Shown: positions 31,512 through 40,672, counted from the stretch's first letter. The stretch is 64,000 nucleotides of DNA from Candidatus Bathyarchaeia archaeon (GCA_050013255.1 JBEKFP010000002.1:96001-160000), one strand, 5' to 3'. Numbers and translations are program-made. Notes: generated from the letters alone by a model not told the origin.

Positions 31512-32585
31512 TCAATCCTCGCTGTGTAGTCTGATAGCCAACTTGGCCGCTTCCAACATTCGTAAGCCCGTCTTGGTAAGGGTGAAATTCTCAAGCACCC
31601 ACTTCTTACCATTCCTTCCCAGTTTGCGAGCCAACGTCTTGTCAACCAGTATAGACCGTATCGTTCGAATCCAGGTGTCCGTAGCACCGTTGGGTATCGT
31701 GTAGCCCGTGTATCCTTCCTTGACTATTTCGGGTACGCCACCTACCCTACTCGCAACTACTGGCTTTTGCATGAGGGAGGCTTCGAGCACGCTTGTCGGG
31801 CACATGTCCAACCCAGATGCGAGCAGGTACAAGTCAGCTTCGGTAAGTAGTTGCCTTACCCCGCGAGGGTGATCCACAGGCTCCAGCATGTGGACGTTTG
31901 CGAAGGTGGCGAAAGTTCTACGCACCAAAGCCGCATAGGGTTGTTTACTCCGTTGCCCTGCTGTGATGTAGAAGTGAACATCAGGCATTCTCTTGACTAC
32001 ACTTGCAAATTGCAGGAGGCCCCTGACTTTCGGCCAAATAATGTGATTTTGAATCAAACATACACTAGGATGCCTCAGGGAAACGCCAGGCTCTTCGAAG
32101 AAAATATCGGGATCGACGCCCCCGTACACCTCCACTGTGGGCTTGAATGGAAAATGCAGTGAAACAACTTGCGTCAATGCGCGACAAACCGGAGTTATGA
32201 CATCTGCCAACGCGAGTCCGGTGTAACTGAAATAATATCGATGTACTGCGAACAACCGTTCAAAGGCCCTTGCTGTCGTCAACCAGCTCTCAAATTCATT
32301 CCACCAGTCCCCATGTAGCTGGGCAACTCGTGCCACCTTCCGTTTCCGAAGCATTTGATAGAGCCAGGCATACCACATTGGGTAATGCGGATAATCAGTA
32401 TAGACAACTTCAGGGCCAAAGTCCATCAGCTTTCTCAAGAACGTTCTTGAAGGAAGTGACCATCCTTTTGCGCTGAAACAATCGCGCGCATCGAAAACCG
32501 CATATTCGACTGATCTAGGGAGCGTCCTCGCAATTTTCTCAAAGGAGGTCTTCTTGAATGTGTTTACGATGAACGCAATTCTCAT
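31512..32585 (-). CDS. GT4 glycosyltransferase (paralog group A)
   Basis: Close paralog of 30100-31164 (YTDYPHYP, GDWW, IQNH, SGLDMCP). Confidence 0.92.
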   Translation of the reverse strand: MRIAFIVNTFKKTSFEKIARTLPRSVEYAVFDARDCFSAKGWSLPSRTFLRKLMDFGPEVVYTDYPHYPMWYAWLYQMLRKRKVARVAQLHGDWWNEFESWLTTARAFERLFAVHRYYFSYTGLALADVITPVCRALTQVVSLHFPFKPTVEVYGGVDPDIFFEEPGVSLRHPSVCLIQNHIIWPKVRGLLQFASVVKRMPDVHFYITAGQRSKQPYAALVRRTFATFANVHMLEPVDHPRGVRQLLTEADLYLLASGLDMCPTSVLEASLMQKPVVASRVGGVPEIVKEGYTGYTIPNGATDTWIRTIRSILVDKTLARKLGRNGKKWVLENFTLTKTGLRMLEAAKLAIRLHSED

Positions 32586-32589
32586 TTCC

Positions 32590-32865
32590 TCACTTTCTTA
32601 CCCGGGGGCCCCTTCTTGCTAAAGGCCTGCGTGACGGACGGCGTTTCCATGCAGTATGTTGGACGCGCATAAGGCCTTCCCAAGCGTATCTGAAAGGCAG
32701 TGATAAATAGTACCGCAGAATGTGAACGCGGTACTGTAGAATGTGAACGCGGTATTTGATATGCTCCACTCCCCTCAACAAGGAAATAACTAGCGCGACG
32801 GGAGCGTACGTGACGAAAAATATGACGGGCACAATCGATAGAATGGTTCGAGACGGGATCCTCAT
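32590..32865 (-). CDS. Small membrane micro-protein (91 aa) upstream of GT4
   Basis: Stop lies 4 nt before the GT4 ATG; TATA-like TTATATAAG about 40 nt upstream; paralog of 31189-31416. Confidence 0.72.
   Translation of the reverse strand: MRIPSRTILSIVPVIFFVTYAPVALVISLLRGVEHIKYRVHILQYRVHILRYYLSLPFRYAWEGLMRVQHTAWKRRPSRRPLARRGPRVRK
32713..32754. repeat. 21-bp tandem duplication (2 copies, 19/21 identical) encoding YRVHILQ/YRVHILR
   Basis: ccgcagaatgtgaacgcggta followed by ctgtagaatgtgaacgcggta. Confidence 0.9.
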
Positions 32866-33006
32866 TCCGACCAGGTCTTCCAGGAGCGTTCTTGTTGGTG
32901 GTTTCTTATAATGTTCGTATACGAACGATTTCTGGTTGTGTTTGAAAAGATTGTATGCGCAGCGGATAGGTCAATCTTGGAAGCAAAATGAGCGAGTGCC
33001 ATTATC

Positions 33007-34101
33007 ATGCCAAGTTACGAAACGAAAGTCGCGCTCTTGCTGCCAGCGGAGAACTTGGGCATTGAGATGCCATCGACCAACCTTGGCAACAGGATGATCT
33101 GTGAAGCGACGAGACGAATAATCGAACGCCTGCCTGTTCACTTCAAACCGGAGGAATTTACGTTTCTAAGGAAGCCTAACGGAGAAGAGTTAGATCGAAT
33201 TAATGCATGTGACCGGGCCATCTTTGTTGGGACAAATATCTTCCAGCCCCAAGCCGTCGGGTGGAGATGGCGTGCGCAAGATCTTGGACAAATCAAGATT
33301 CCTTACTCGTTGTACGGAGTGGGCTATAGCGGGCCATTGGGGCGTGTTCCTCTGCGCATATGCCGAGAGACCAGAGACCTAGTTGAATGGTCTCGAGGGG
33401 GGAGCTCTATCGGGGTACGCGACCCTCAGACAGTTCGATGGTTAAAGCTCTTTGGAGTGAATTCGGAACTCGTCGGATGCCCTGTGCTCGCATACCCGGA
33501 TACGTTCACTGATATTTCGATTGGCAAAAATACACCAGTTTTGGCCATCAGGGAGATTCTTCTTCACAATCCAGGCGAAGGGCCAAAACAAGCTCAACAG
33601 GATCTTATCGATTGGTTCTTCGAAAAATATCCGGACGGCCGGAGTGTGGTGCAATCACCGGAAGACCTCAAGCTTGTGCATGACAGACCTATCGTTGCAA
33701 CCTTTGAAGAAATTATTAGAGAATTATCGAGAGCACGGTTCGTTGTTTCGACGCGACTTCATGCGGGAATGTTAGCCCTGGCCTTTGGTCGCCCAGTAGT
33801 CTTCCTTGCCCATGATACACGGGTTGCATCTTTCTGCGAGATGATTGGGGTGAAAGCCTATCCCTTAACCTCCGAAGGGCTGAGAAAGGCGTTGAAGGCA
33901 GCCCAAAAGATCGACCGGGGAGATTTGTCGGAACTCAAGCCTGCCGTCGAACGAGTACGCCTCCTAGTGCGACGACTGCATGAGTTCCTAAACGAGGAAA
34001 TAACAGGGTCTAGGGAAAACATGATGCGACATCCCTCCAGGGCACTTACAGCTCTGCGGCGAGCAAGAGCTCGACTGCTGGAATGGGGACCCGAATCATG
34101 A
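33007..34101 (+). CDS. Polysaccharide pyruvyl transferase-family protein
   Basis: NLGN, YGVG, IGVRD, GCPV, VVSTRLHAG, HDTR. Confidence 0.85.
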   Translation: MPSYETKVALLLPAENLGIEMPSTNLGNRMICEATRRIIERLPVHFKPEEFTFLRKPNGEELDRINACDRAIFVGTNIFQPQAVGWRWRAQDLGQIKIPYSLYGVGYSGPLGRVPLRICRETRDLVEWSRGGSSIGVRDPQTVRWLKLFGVNSELVGCPVLAYPDTFTDISIGKNTPVLAIREILLHNPGEGPKQAQQDLIDWFFEKYPDGRSVVQSPEDLKLVHDRPIVATFEEIIRELSRARFVVSTRLHAGMLALAFGRPVVFLAHDTRVASFCEMIGVKAYPLTSEGLRKALKAAQKIDRGDLSELKPAVERVRLLVRRLHEFLNEEITGSRENMMRHPSRALTALRRARARLLEWGPES

Positions 34102-34102
34102 C

Positions 34103-35398
34103 TTGGCCGGGATGAAATGGTTGCGCAAAATCAAACTCCTGATACTGGTACCCACTATGGAGTTGGGAGGCATGGAACTTTGCACATCCTTCTTGCTGAG
34201 CCATCTTAATCGAGAACTTTTCGAAATTGAACTGGTCATGGTCTTCGATCGCCAGAGTTACTTCGAGATTCCTTCCCACGTACGAGTTCATGTCTTGGAG
34301 AAAGCAGGTCTCACGAATGACACTGAGCTAACCGTGCAACCATCGATTGCGGTATCGGAAAAGAATCGGGATAGCCTGATCTGGCTGGAAACTACTGCTT
34401 TGAATCTGGCCGCTCTAGTTCGGACCCTGCAACCGGACTTAATCTTGGCCCAGCACGTCCTTGCTAGCGCGGTTTCCTTGTTGGCTAAGAGACACATCCG
34501 TTCGACCATAAAGATAATCGCGAGTGTTCACAACTTCAGCTCCAGATTTCTGGAAATTGTCCCATACGGAGAGCTTTATGCACTCTTACTTCGGCGACAT
34601 TTGAGAGAGGCCGATGCTGTTGTCGCGATCGGGCAGGGCATTGCAAATGACTTGATTATGAACTTCGATGTGGACAGGACCCAAGTCAGAGTTATCTACA
34701 ATCCGTTTGATTATGAACGAGTGAGAAAACTGTCTACAGAGAGCTTACTGGAAAACAGGTTTTTCCTGGATGGTGTTCCAAACATACTTTTCGTTGGTGG
34801 GTTAAGACCTGAAAAGGGGTTAGAGTACTTGCTTCAAGCGATCGCTCTGTCACGCAGACTGCAGAGACTTCGATGTGTGATCATTGGAGAAGGAGAACGT
34901 CGAACTGAGCTTGAGGAGTTGGCGAAACAGTTAGGTATTTCCTCAGACACCTTTTTCTTGGGCAGACGACCTAACGCATTCAAATATATGCGCGCGGCAT
35001 CATGCTTCGTCTTGCCTTCACTTGTTGAAGGCTACCCCTACGTCGTTCTCGAAGCCATGGCTTGTGGTTGCCCCGTAATTGCAAGTGAATCAGGTCCTGA
35101 TGTTCAAGAGCTACTCGGTTATGGACAAAGAGGCCTTCTCGTACCCGCGAGGGATCCAGAGGCTATCTCTGATGCGATTCAGAGGATTGTCTCGGACACA
35201 AATCTACGCGAGAACATGATTGAAGCCGGAAAAAGTCACATCGAGAAATTCACGCCCATTTCAGCAGTTGCCCAATACGAAGCGCTGATGAAAGCAGTTG
35301 TCCGTTCGGGGTTAGTTCGGCGCTCATTGGATGTCCTGTCATGGCTTACCCGGAGACATCTACCCGGATTTCGCAGGGCCAAAGCAGACCGCTCTTAG
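34103..35398 (+). CDS. GT4 glycosyltransferase (C-terminal tail derived from out-of-frame remnant)
   Basis: GGME, IYNP, VGGLRPEKG, EGYPYVVLEAMACGCPVI. Confidence 0.92.
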   Translation: MAGMKWLRKIKLLILVPTMELGGMELCTSFLLSHLNRELFEIELVMVFDRQSYFEIPSHVRVHVLEKAGLTNDTELTVQPSIAVSEKNRDSLIWLETTALNLAALVRTLQPDLILAQHVLASAVSLLAKRHIRSTIKIIASVHNFSSRFLEIVPYGELYALLLRRHLREADAVVAIGQGIANDLIMNFDVDRTQVRVIYNPFDYERVRKLSTESLLENRFFLDGVPNILFVGGLRPEKGLEYLLQAIALSRRLQRLRCVIIGEGERRTELEELAKQLGISSDTFFLGRRPNAFKYMRAASCFVLPSLVEGYPYVVLEAMACGCPVIASESGPDVQELLGYGQRGLLVPARDPEAISDAIQRIVSDTNLRENMIEAGKSHIEKFTPISAVAQYEALMKAVVRSGLVRRSLDVLSWLTRRHLPGFRRAKADRS

Positions 35399-35952
35399 CT
35401 GTCATGGAGATTCTCCACCATAATCCAGGCGAGCAAGCAAAACTGGCTCAGTGCAACCTCGTGGACTGGTTCTTCAAAGAGTTTTCCGATGGGGCCGGGG
35501 TAACGCAGTCTCCGAAAGACTTGGGGCTGGTCACCGACAAACCAATCATAACAGAGTTCCAACAGATCGTCGCCGAACTATCGAGGGCACGCTTGGTCGT
35601 TTCAACACGCCTTCACGCTGGAATGCTGGCGCTTGCGTTTGGTCGCCCAGTGGTCTTCATTGCACATGATACACGAGTTGCATCATTCTGTGAAATGATC
35701 GGAGTGAAACCATATAGATTGAGCTTTGATGGACTTGCAGAGCCCATTCAAGCTACTAGAAGGATAGTGTCTGGGGATTTATCTGGATTCGAAGCAGCCA
35801 ATGAGAGGTTGCCGATCCTGATGCGCCGGCTCCAAGAGTGGTTGGAGGAAGTCCTTGCAGGTACTCGAGCAAGCGGAATGCGACACCCGAATAGAGCGTT
35901 TACATTCTTACTTAAAGCGAAAACTAGACTGGTGCAACGTATACTGTGGTGA
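35305..35952 (+). pseudogene. 5'-truncated second pyruvyl transferase (C-terminal half only)
   Basis: FGVSSALIGCPVMAYPE...VVSTRLHAGMLALAFGRPVVF.AHDTRVASFCEMIGVK aligns to the C-terminal half of 33007-34101; no homology is evident upstream of 35305. Confidence 0.85.
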
Positions 35953-36397
35953 TTCGTCCCAGTTCGTTCTTGCGTCAAATTTGGGTTGAAAAAGGGATTG
36001 TTGCATCAAAATTCAGGGTTGCAGGGGGACATGCTGTCTTTGCACATCGTAGTGCAAAAGAGCCCTTCAGATCGAAGCGCAGTTACCTCGAATATCCAGT
36101 CTCCCCCTCAACGTCATCCAGACCATCACTTACCCCCACAGAAAGAGGAAGTAGTCTAGAAGAACGAATCTATTGGAGATTCGAAACTGTGCACATTACG
36201 TAATCTGGTTTTTTCTCTGCAGATTTCTTTGTTTGCATTGCAACTCCCAGCGGTCGATACGACCCACTTGTATTTTAGCCTTTGCAATTGAAACACGATT
36301 GGTATGCGTCAAATCATGGCGTCCTGCTGGAACAGTCATCCTTTTGTCCATTTACGGAAAAACAAATGAGCACCATTGATACCGTCTCCGGCAAGCT

Positions 36398-37240
36398 TTG
36401 AGGTGTCGTCCCTTGCAGCGAGCAGATCTGTCCATCGTAGGCATAGGTATCCGAGGCGTATCTGAAATCACCCCTGAGACCGAGCGGATTCTCCGCCGTA
36501 GCACCGAAATCTTCTACATGGATCCCCGTCCCATCGTTTCAAGATACTTCAACAAGGTCAATCGCAACTCTCACAACCTGCTCAAACGCTACAAAGAAAA
36601 TCGCAAAGCATACGACGTATACGAAGAGTTGTCTTCGCTCGTAATTAACAGTGCATTGAAGAAGCCGGGCGCCTGCTACGCAACGTATGGTAATCCAATG
36701 ATCTACGACACAATTACCCAGCTGATTCTTCAGAAAGCAATTTCCAGACGGCTCAAAGTGGAGATCGTTCCAGCCGTTTCAGCTTTGGACAGCGTCCTAG
36801 TCGATTTGCGACTTCCTATCTTAGACGAAGGGTTGCAGATCTTTGAAGCTAATAGGTTGGTTCTGCACAGACAAAGAATCGAGTCATCGGTTCCTTGCTT
36901 GATTTTCGGTGTGGGATCATTTGGTACCGTCATCATAACAATTGGACGACGAAGTACTGAGAAGAGATACCTCCTTCTCGAAAAGCATTTGCGACAATTC
37001 TATCCAAGCACCCACCCGATCCATCTCGTCGAGTCGTCTTTACACCCCCACATGCGAAATCGAATAACAAAAACAATGATGAACCGACTAGGAAAAATGT
37101 ACAAGCGAATAAATTACAACACTACGCTCTACATACCCCCGGTGCCGAAGGCCAAGTACATTGATAGGGATTTTGATTCCAAGATTCATTCAACGCGCTG
37201 GACTAGCAAAATTGTCGGTGACTCTGGGACAGGGCGTTGA
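36398..37240 (+). CDS. Tetrapyrrole-methylase-fold SAM methyltransferase, borosin (OphMA/SonM-like) alpha-N-methyltransferase homolog
   Basis: LSIVGIGI, YGNP, PAVSALD..VDL, GLQIFEA, FGVGSFG, LRQFYPSTHPI and TLYIPP are colinear with remembered borosin motifs IVGTGI, YGHP, PGVSAED..ADL, GC.TYEA, FQVGCVG, LEQEYG.EHPV and TFYIPP. Confidence 0.8.
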   Translation: MRCRPLQRADLSIVGIGIRGVSEITPETERILRRSTEIFYMDPRPIVSRYFNKVNRNSHNLLKRYKENRKAYDVYEELSSLVINSALKKPGACYATYGNPMIYDTITQLILQKAISRRLKVEIVPAVSALDSVLVDLRLPILDEGLQIFEANRLVLHRQRIESSVPCLIFGVGSFGTVIITIGRRSTEKRYLLLEKHLRQFYPSTHPIHLVESSLHPHMRNRITKTMMNRLGKMYKRINYNTTLYIPPVPKAKYIDRDFDSKIHSTRWTSKIVGDSGTGR

Positions 37241-37327
37241 TACCCAAACAGGTCTGAGGACTTAGGCTTCTTGATATTGATTCGAGAGAACAGATGTGCC
37301 AGAGCTCTTGGAGCGTGGGTTTCATAG

Positions 37328-38458
37328 TTGACAATTGTTGTCTCTAACATTCGCGTGATTCAGGATTCTGACAGTTCGCAGTTGCAAGCTCGGATCCAAA
37401 GCGACAAGCTTGCCAGTCCATTTCTGTTATGGTACCGCTTCCCCTCAGGTTTTGAGAAATACCTGAACATTCAGAACGGAAATCCCTTTCTGGCCGCGCT
37501 CTTAGTGATTGCCATGCAAACGGGGGAGACGTTAGAGGTTGCTGCCTCAGTTTCTCCCCAGCTCTTGAACGCAACTGAGAAAATTCAGGAATTGCTTCTA
37601 AGTTGGTATGGAGGTTTGTCTAGAGTCAAAGTCGTAGCTCCCGAAACAGATCGACATGAGCAAACGCGAGAGCAAACAGGAACAGGTCTATTCTTCTCCA
37701 TGGGCGTGGACTCGTTCTACACTCTTCTCAAGAATATTGAGCAGGATCCAGATCGAGCCATAACCCACCTGATCTTTATCCGCGGATTCGATATCTATCT
37801 TGAAAAATGGAATAATCAGCTTTACCCATCGGTCCTGAGAAGTGCTACCCGAGTGGCTGAACACTTTCGTAGGCAGATCATACCTGTTGCGACTAACATA
37901 CGAGACCTCTCCGACCCGGTCGTCAAATGGGGGCCGTTTTACTTTGGCAGCGCCTTGGCAAGTGTCGGTTTAGCTCTCGATGGTTTGCTCGACGCGGCAT
38001 ATATCGCCGGCGGCTTGACTTATGATCTCCTTTCTCCGTGGGGGTCGCACCCAGACCTGGATCCACTCTGGTCAACTGAGACCCTGAGATTCATCCATGA
38101 CGGATGCGAGGCCGATAGAATAGCTAAGGTCCAACTCATCTCGAAATATCAAGTCGCATTGGAAACGCTGCGGGTTTGTTTCTACAATCCGGAGAACATG
38201 TATAACTGTGGCAAATGCGAAAAATGTTTGCGGACGATGATTAGCCTTCACATAGCAGGCGCACTGAACAAGTGTTCGACCTTCCCGCATGAGATAGATG
38301 TGGAACTTCTGCGTGGGCTGCCCAAGCTTAGCGAAGGATCGAGTCCAGAAGAACAAGCTGTTATGCGCGCAAGTCTTACCACATACATCAATGCGCTGGG
38401 AAACTCCCCAAAGGACTTGGAAATAAAAAAGGCGCTTCAGGATCACATGTCCTCGTAA
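37328..38458 (+). CDS. Conserved hypothetical PP-loop-like/QueC-like protein with Cys cluster
   Basis: FFSMGVDSFYT (SGGxDS-like), PWGSHPDLDPLWS, LRVC..YNCGKCEKCLRT. Confidence 0.7.
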   Translation: MTIVVSNIRVIQDSDSSQLQARIQSDKLASPFLLWYRFPSGFEKYLNIQNGNPFLAALLVIAMQTGETLEVAASVSPQLLNATEKIQELLLSWYGGLSRVKVVAPETDRHEQTREQTGTGLFFSMGVDSFYTLLKNIEQDPDRAITHLIFIRGFDIYLEKWNNQLYPSVLRSATRVAEHFRRQIIPVATNIRDLSDPVVKWGPFYFGSALASVGLALDGLLDAAYIAGGLTYDLLSPWGSHPDLDPLWSTETLRFIHDGCEADRIAKVQLISKYQVALETLRVCFYNPENMYNCGKCEKCLRTMISLHIAGALNKCSTFPHEIDVELLRGLPKLSEGSSPEEQAVMRASLTTYINALGNSPKDLEIKKALQDHMSS

Positions 38459-38671
38459 CTAATCTTCGGTTCTTGTCGGATCCTAGTCTTCAACAAAGAC
38501 AACAAAGCAACCCCGATATGGCCAAGATGTTCTAGAGTGTTTGACATTCGCTTCATATTGTGAAAAATTCTTGAATTCTTGTACTTCTCCACCCATAAGC
38601 GCAGGTTTCGTTACTGCTAGGTTTTCTTCCATGAAGGTTCGATTTTAGAACCGAAGAATCGGCCCAGATTC

Positions 38672-39075
38672 TCATGTCGAGTTTTGTTTTAACCATTCAA
38701 TCGTCATCTCTAAGCCTTCGCCCAGGTCAACTTTAGGAACCCAGCCAAGGCGTTTCTTTGCAGGAGACATGTCCAAGGCCCTGCTGAAAGGCCCCTCCGG
38801 CTTGGATTTATCAACGGCTGTAGCTAATGCGCTCAATTATCCCTGATTCATAACACGTCCGAATTGTATTCTGATGGATCGCGAATCCCAGACTACACAT
38901 TGCCTGTTGCTGGTCGAGGAAGGCTCGACCGCCGAATACTGCACCAAACATGAAAACTGTGTCGATGTAATATTTCATCAAGATATGTTTTAGACGTTCA
39001 CGTTCGGTTGAAAGATCGATGATTTCCAACTGGGGGTCGATGCCGTGCTTTTTTTGAATCTTATGAAATCTGTTT
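38672..39075 (-). pseudogene. Internally deleted, 5'-truncated copy of the epimerase at 46276-47298
   Basis: RFHKI...LEIIDL...IDTVFMFGAVFGGR...ERISYS is joined out of frame at about 38813 to DKSKPEGPFSRALD...GWVPKVDLGEGLEMTIEWLK*; about 157 codons missing. Confidence 0.9.
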
Positions 39076-39130
39076 GGTGATGCCAAGACTTTTCTACAGT
39101 TTTGCACATGTAGGCGTCGGTGTTGTTCTC

Positions 39131-40534
39131 ATGAAATTCGACCTCCTGACCGGCTTTTTGCGAAGGCAGAAATCATCAGTGATGGTTCTGGGGTTTATCT
39201 TCACCCTGTCCGCAAGCCTGTTGAGAATACGGATGCTCTGGAGCGCTAGAGAAGGACTCTGGAGTCCGCTCGATCCTGACACAGAGACTTACGCATACTT
39301 CGCCAAGCTAATTCTCTCGAAAGGTGTCACGGCGTACACGAACGTAAGCAGGGTTCCGTTTTGGCCAATTGTTGTGGCTCCATTCTACGCATTATTCGGT
39401 TTGAATAATATAACGATCAAACTTGCATCTTTCTTCTTTGGTATTCTCACGGTCCTCGCAACTTACCAGGTGGGTAAGACAGCCTTTGGGAATAAGGCAG
39501 GCGTCCTCGCGAGCTTTCTCTACGCCGTCAGCTTCTACGTAGTTTTCGATGCGTACCGAGGCTTGAGGGAGGAATTATTCTCGTTTCTACTACTCTGCCT
39601 AATCTACTTCGCTATCCAAAGGCGAACGGGTAGTCATCTGAATCTCTTGGCTTCGGCAATTCTCACTGTGATGCTCTACTTTACTAGAACCGATGGAGCA
39701 TTGGTCGTACTGCCGACTATGCTTGTTTACATAGTGCTCTCTTCTATTTCGAAGAAGCAGAGAATTCCATTCAAGAAGCTGTTCCTGATATCAGTGATGT
39801 TTGCCCTCTCAATTGCAGGCTGGAGTTGGTATTCAGCAAAACTATCTGGAGACCCGTTCGCGGAATCAACCGCATATGCAAGTTACAATTACTTTGTTGA
39901 GTTCCAGAAAGGAGTAGGGGCCTTTCCGAGGGTCACGATGTCAGATTACTTATTCAAGTATCACACACTGACGCAGTTACTTGTGGCAACTTTGCAGGGT
40001 TCAATGTGGATTTTTCAACTACTCAGTCTAAGCCTAGCCTTTGGTTATCCCGCATACTCTTCTCCCATAGCTTTGATGGTGATATCCTTTCTTCTGATCT
40101 TGTTTTTCTCAAGTGCAGTCACGCTATGGAAAGAAAAGAGAAACTGGTACTTTCCTCTCCTCTACGCAACCGTCGTCCCGTACTTGGGGATGTTCCAGGG
40201 CCTAGGCGTTATCGAAACTGCTCGAAATCTCGTCCCATTCGCACCAATTCTCACGATCACGGTCGCCTATTCGGTTGTTAGGATTTACGGGTTTTTGGTT
40301 TCAAGCATAGATCAGCATCTGTGCTTCGGACGGGTCATTGATCGAGGAATCTTGGCTTTACGGCTTATTCTTTATGGAATCCTGGCCTTTTTCCTACTGG
40401 GATATGTTTCCGTGAACTACCTCTACCTTCTCGCTTGGGCCCTCCTACCCATCAATTTTGCAGATTTATTCTTCTTGAGTTTTGTAGCCATTCTTTGCTT
40501 AGCTTGGGTTATCCTGCGCTCCTTCGAGAAATAG
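39131..40534 (+). CDS. GT-C-type (ArnT/PMT-like) membrane glycosyltransferase, paralog of 43939-45342
   Basis: WSPLDPD..TY, RVPFWP, RGLREELFS, YFTR.DG, SGDPFAEST, GVIET.R shared with the paralog. Confidence 0.82.
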   Translation: MKFDLLTGFLRRQKSSVMVLGFIFTLSASLLRIRMLWSAREGLWSPLDPDTETYAYFAKLILSKGVTAYTNVSRVPFWPIVVAPFYALFGLNNITIKLASFFFGILTVLATYQVGKTAFGNKAGVLASFLYAVSFYVVFDAYRGLREELFSFLLLCLIYFAIQRRTGSHLNLLASAILTVMLYFTRTDGALVVLPTMLVYIVLSSISKKQRIPFKKLFLISVMFALSIAGWSWYSAKLSGDPFAESTAYASYNYFVEFQKGVGAFPRVTMSDYLFKYHTLTQLLVATLQGSMWIFQLLSLSLAFGYPAYSSPIALMVISFLLILFFSSAVTLWKEKRNWYFPLLYATVVPYLGMFQGLGVIETARNLVPFAPILTITVAYSVVRIYGFLVSSIDQHLCFGRVIDRGILALRLILYGILAFFLLGYVSVNYLYLLAWALLPINFADLFFLSFVAILCLAWVILRSFEK

Positions 40535-40580
40535 TCTGTCAAGATACATGCAACTCGAGGGTGAAGGGTGTGAGGGACCA

Positions 40581-40672
40581 ATGAGAGTGTGTTTTATTGC
40601 GAAGGAAATGTTCGCTTGGGGAAAATATCGTGTGTTTGGCAGTTACGCCATCTTTGTCGGAAGGGAACTAAC
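40581..40672 (+). pseudogene. N-terminal remnant of a GT4 glycosyltransferase
   Basis: MRVCFIAKEMFAWGKYRVFGSYAIFVGREL resembles a GT4 first beta-strand/Gly-loop/helix; GAGGG upstream; cut off by the convergent gene's 3' end. Confidence 0.55.

Noticed and set aside
29195-31680. GTTCGAATCC T-loop-like words (about 29199 and 31663) suggesting tRNAs
   Set aside because: Both lie inside coding genes with no cloverleaf. No tRNA, rRNA or CRISPR array was found in the window.
35953-36397. Short ORFs upstream of the borosin-like gene as candidate precursor peptides
   Set aside because: No LigA-like helical bundle, repetitive core or convincing start context; composition looks like non-coding translation.
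38463-38657. 11-bp inverted repeat TCTTCGGTTCT flanking about 195 nt (possible MITE)
   Set aside because: No target-site duplication and no second copy or transposase in the window; may be chance.
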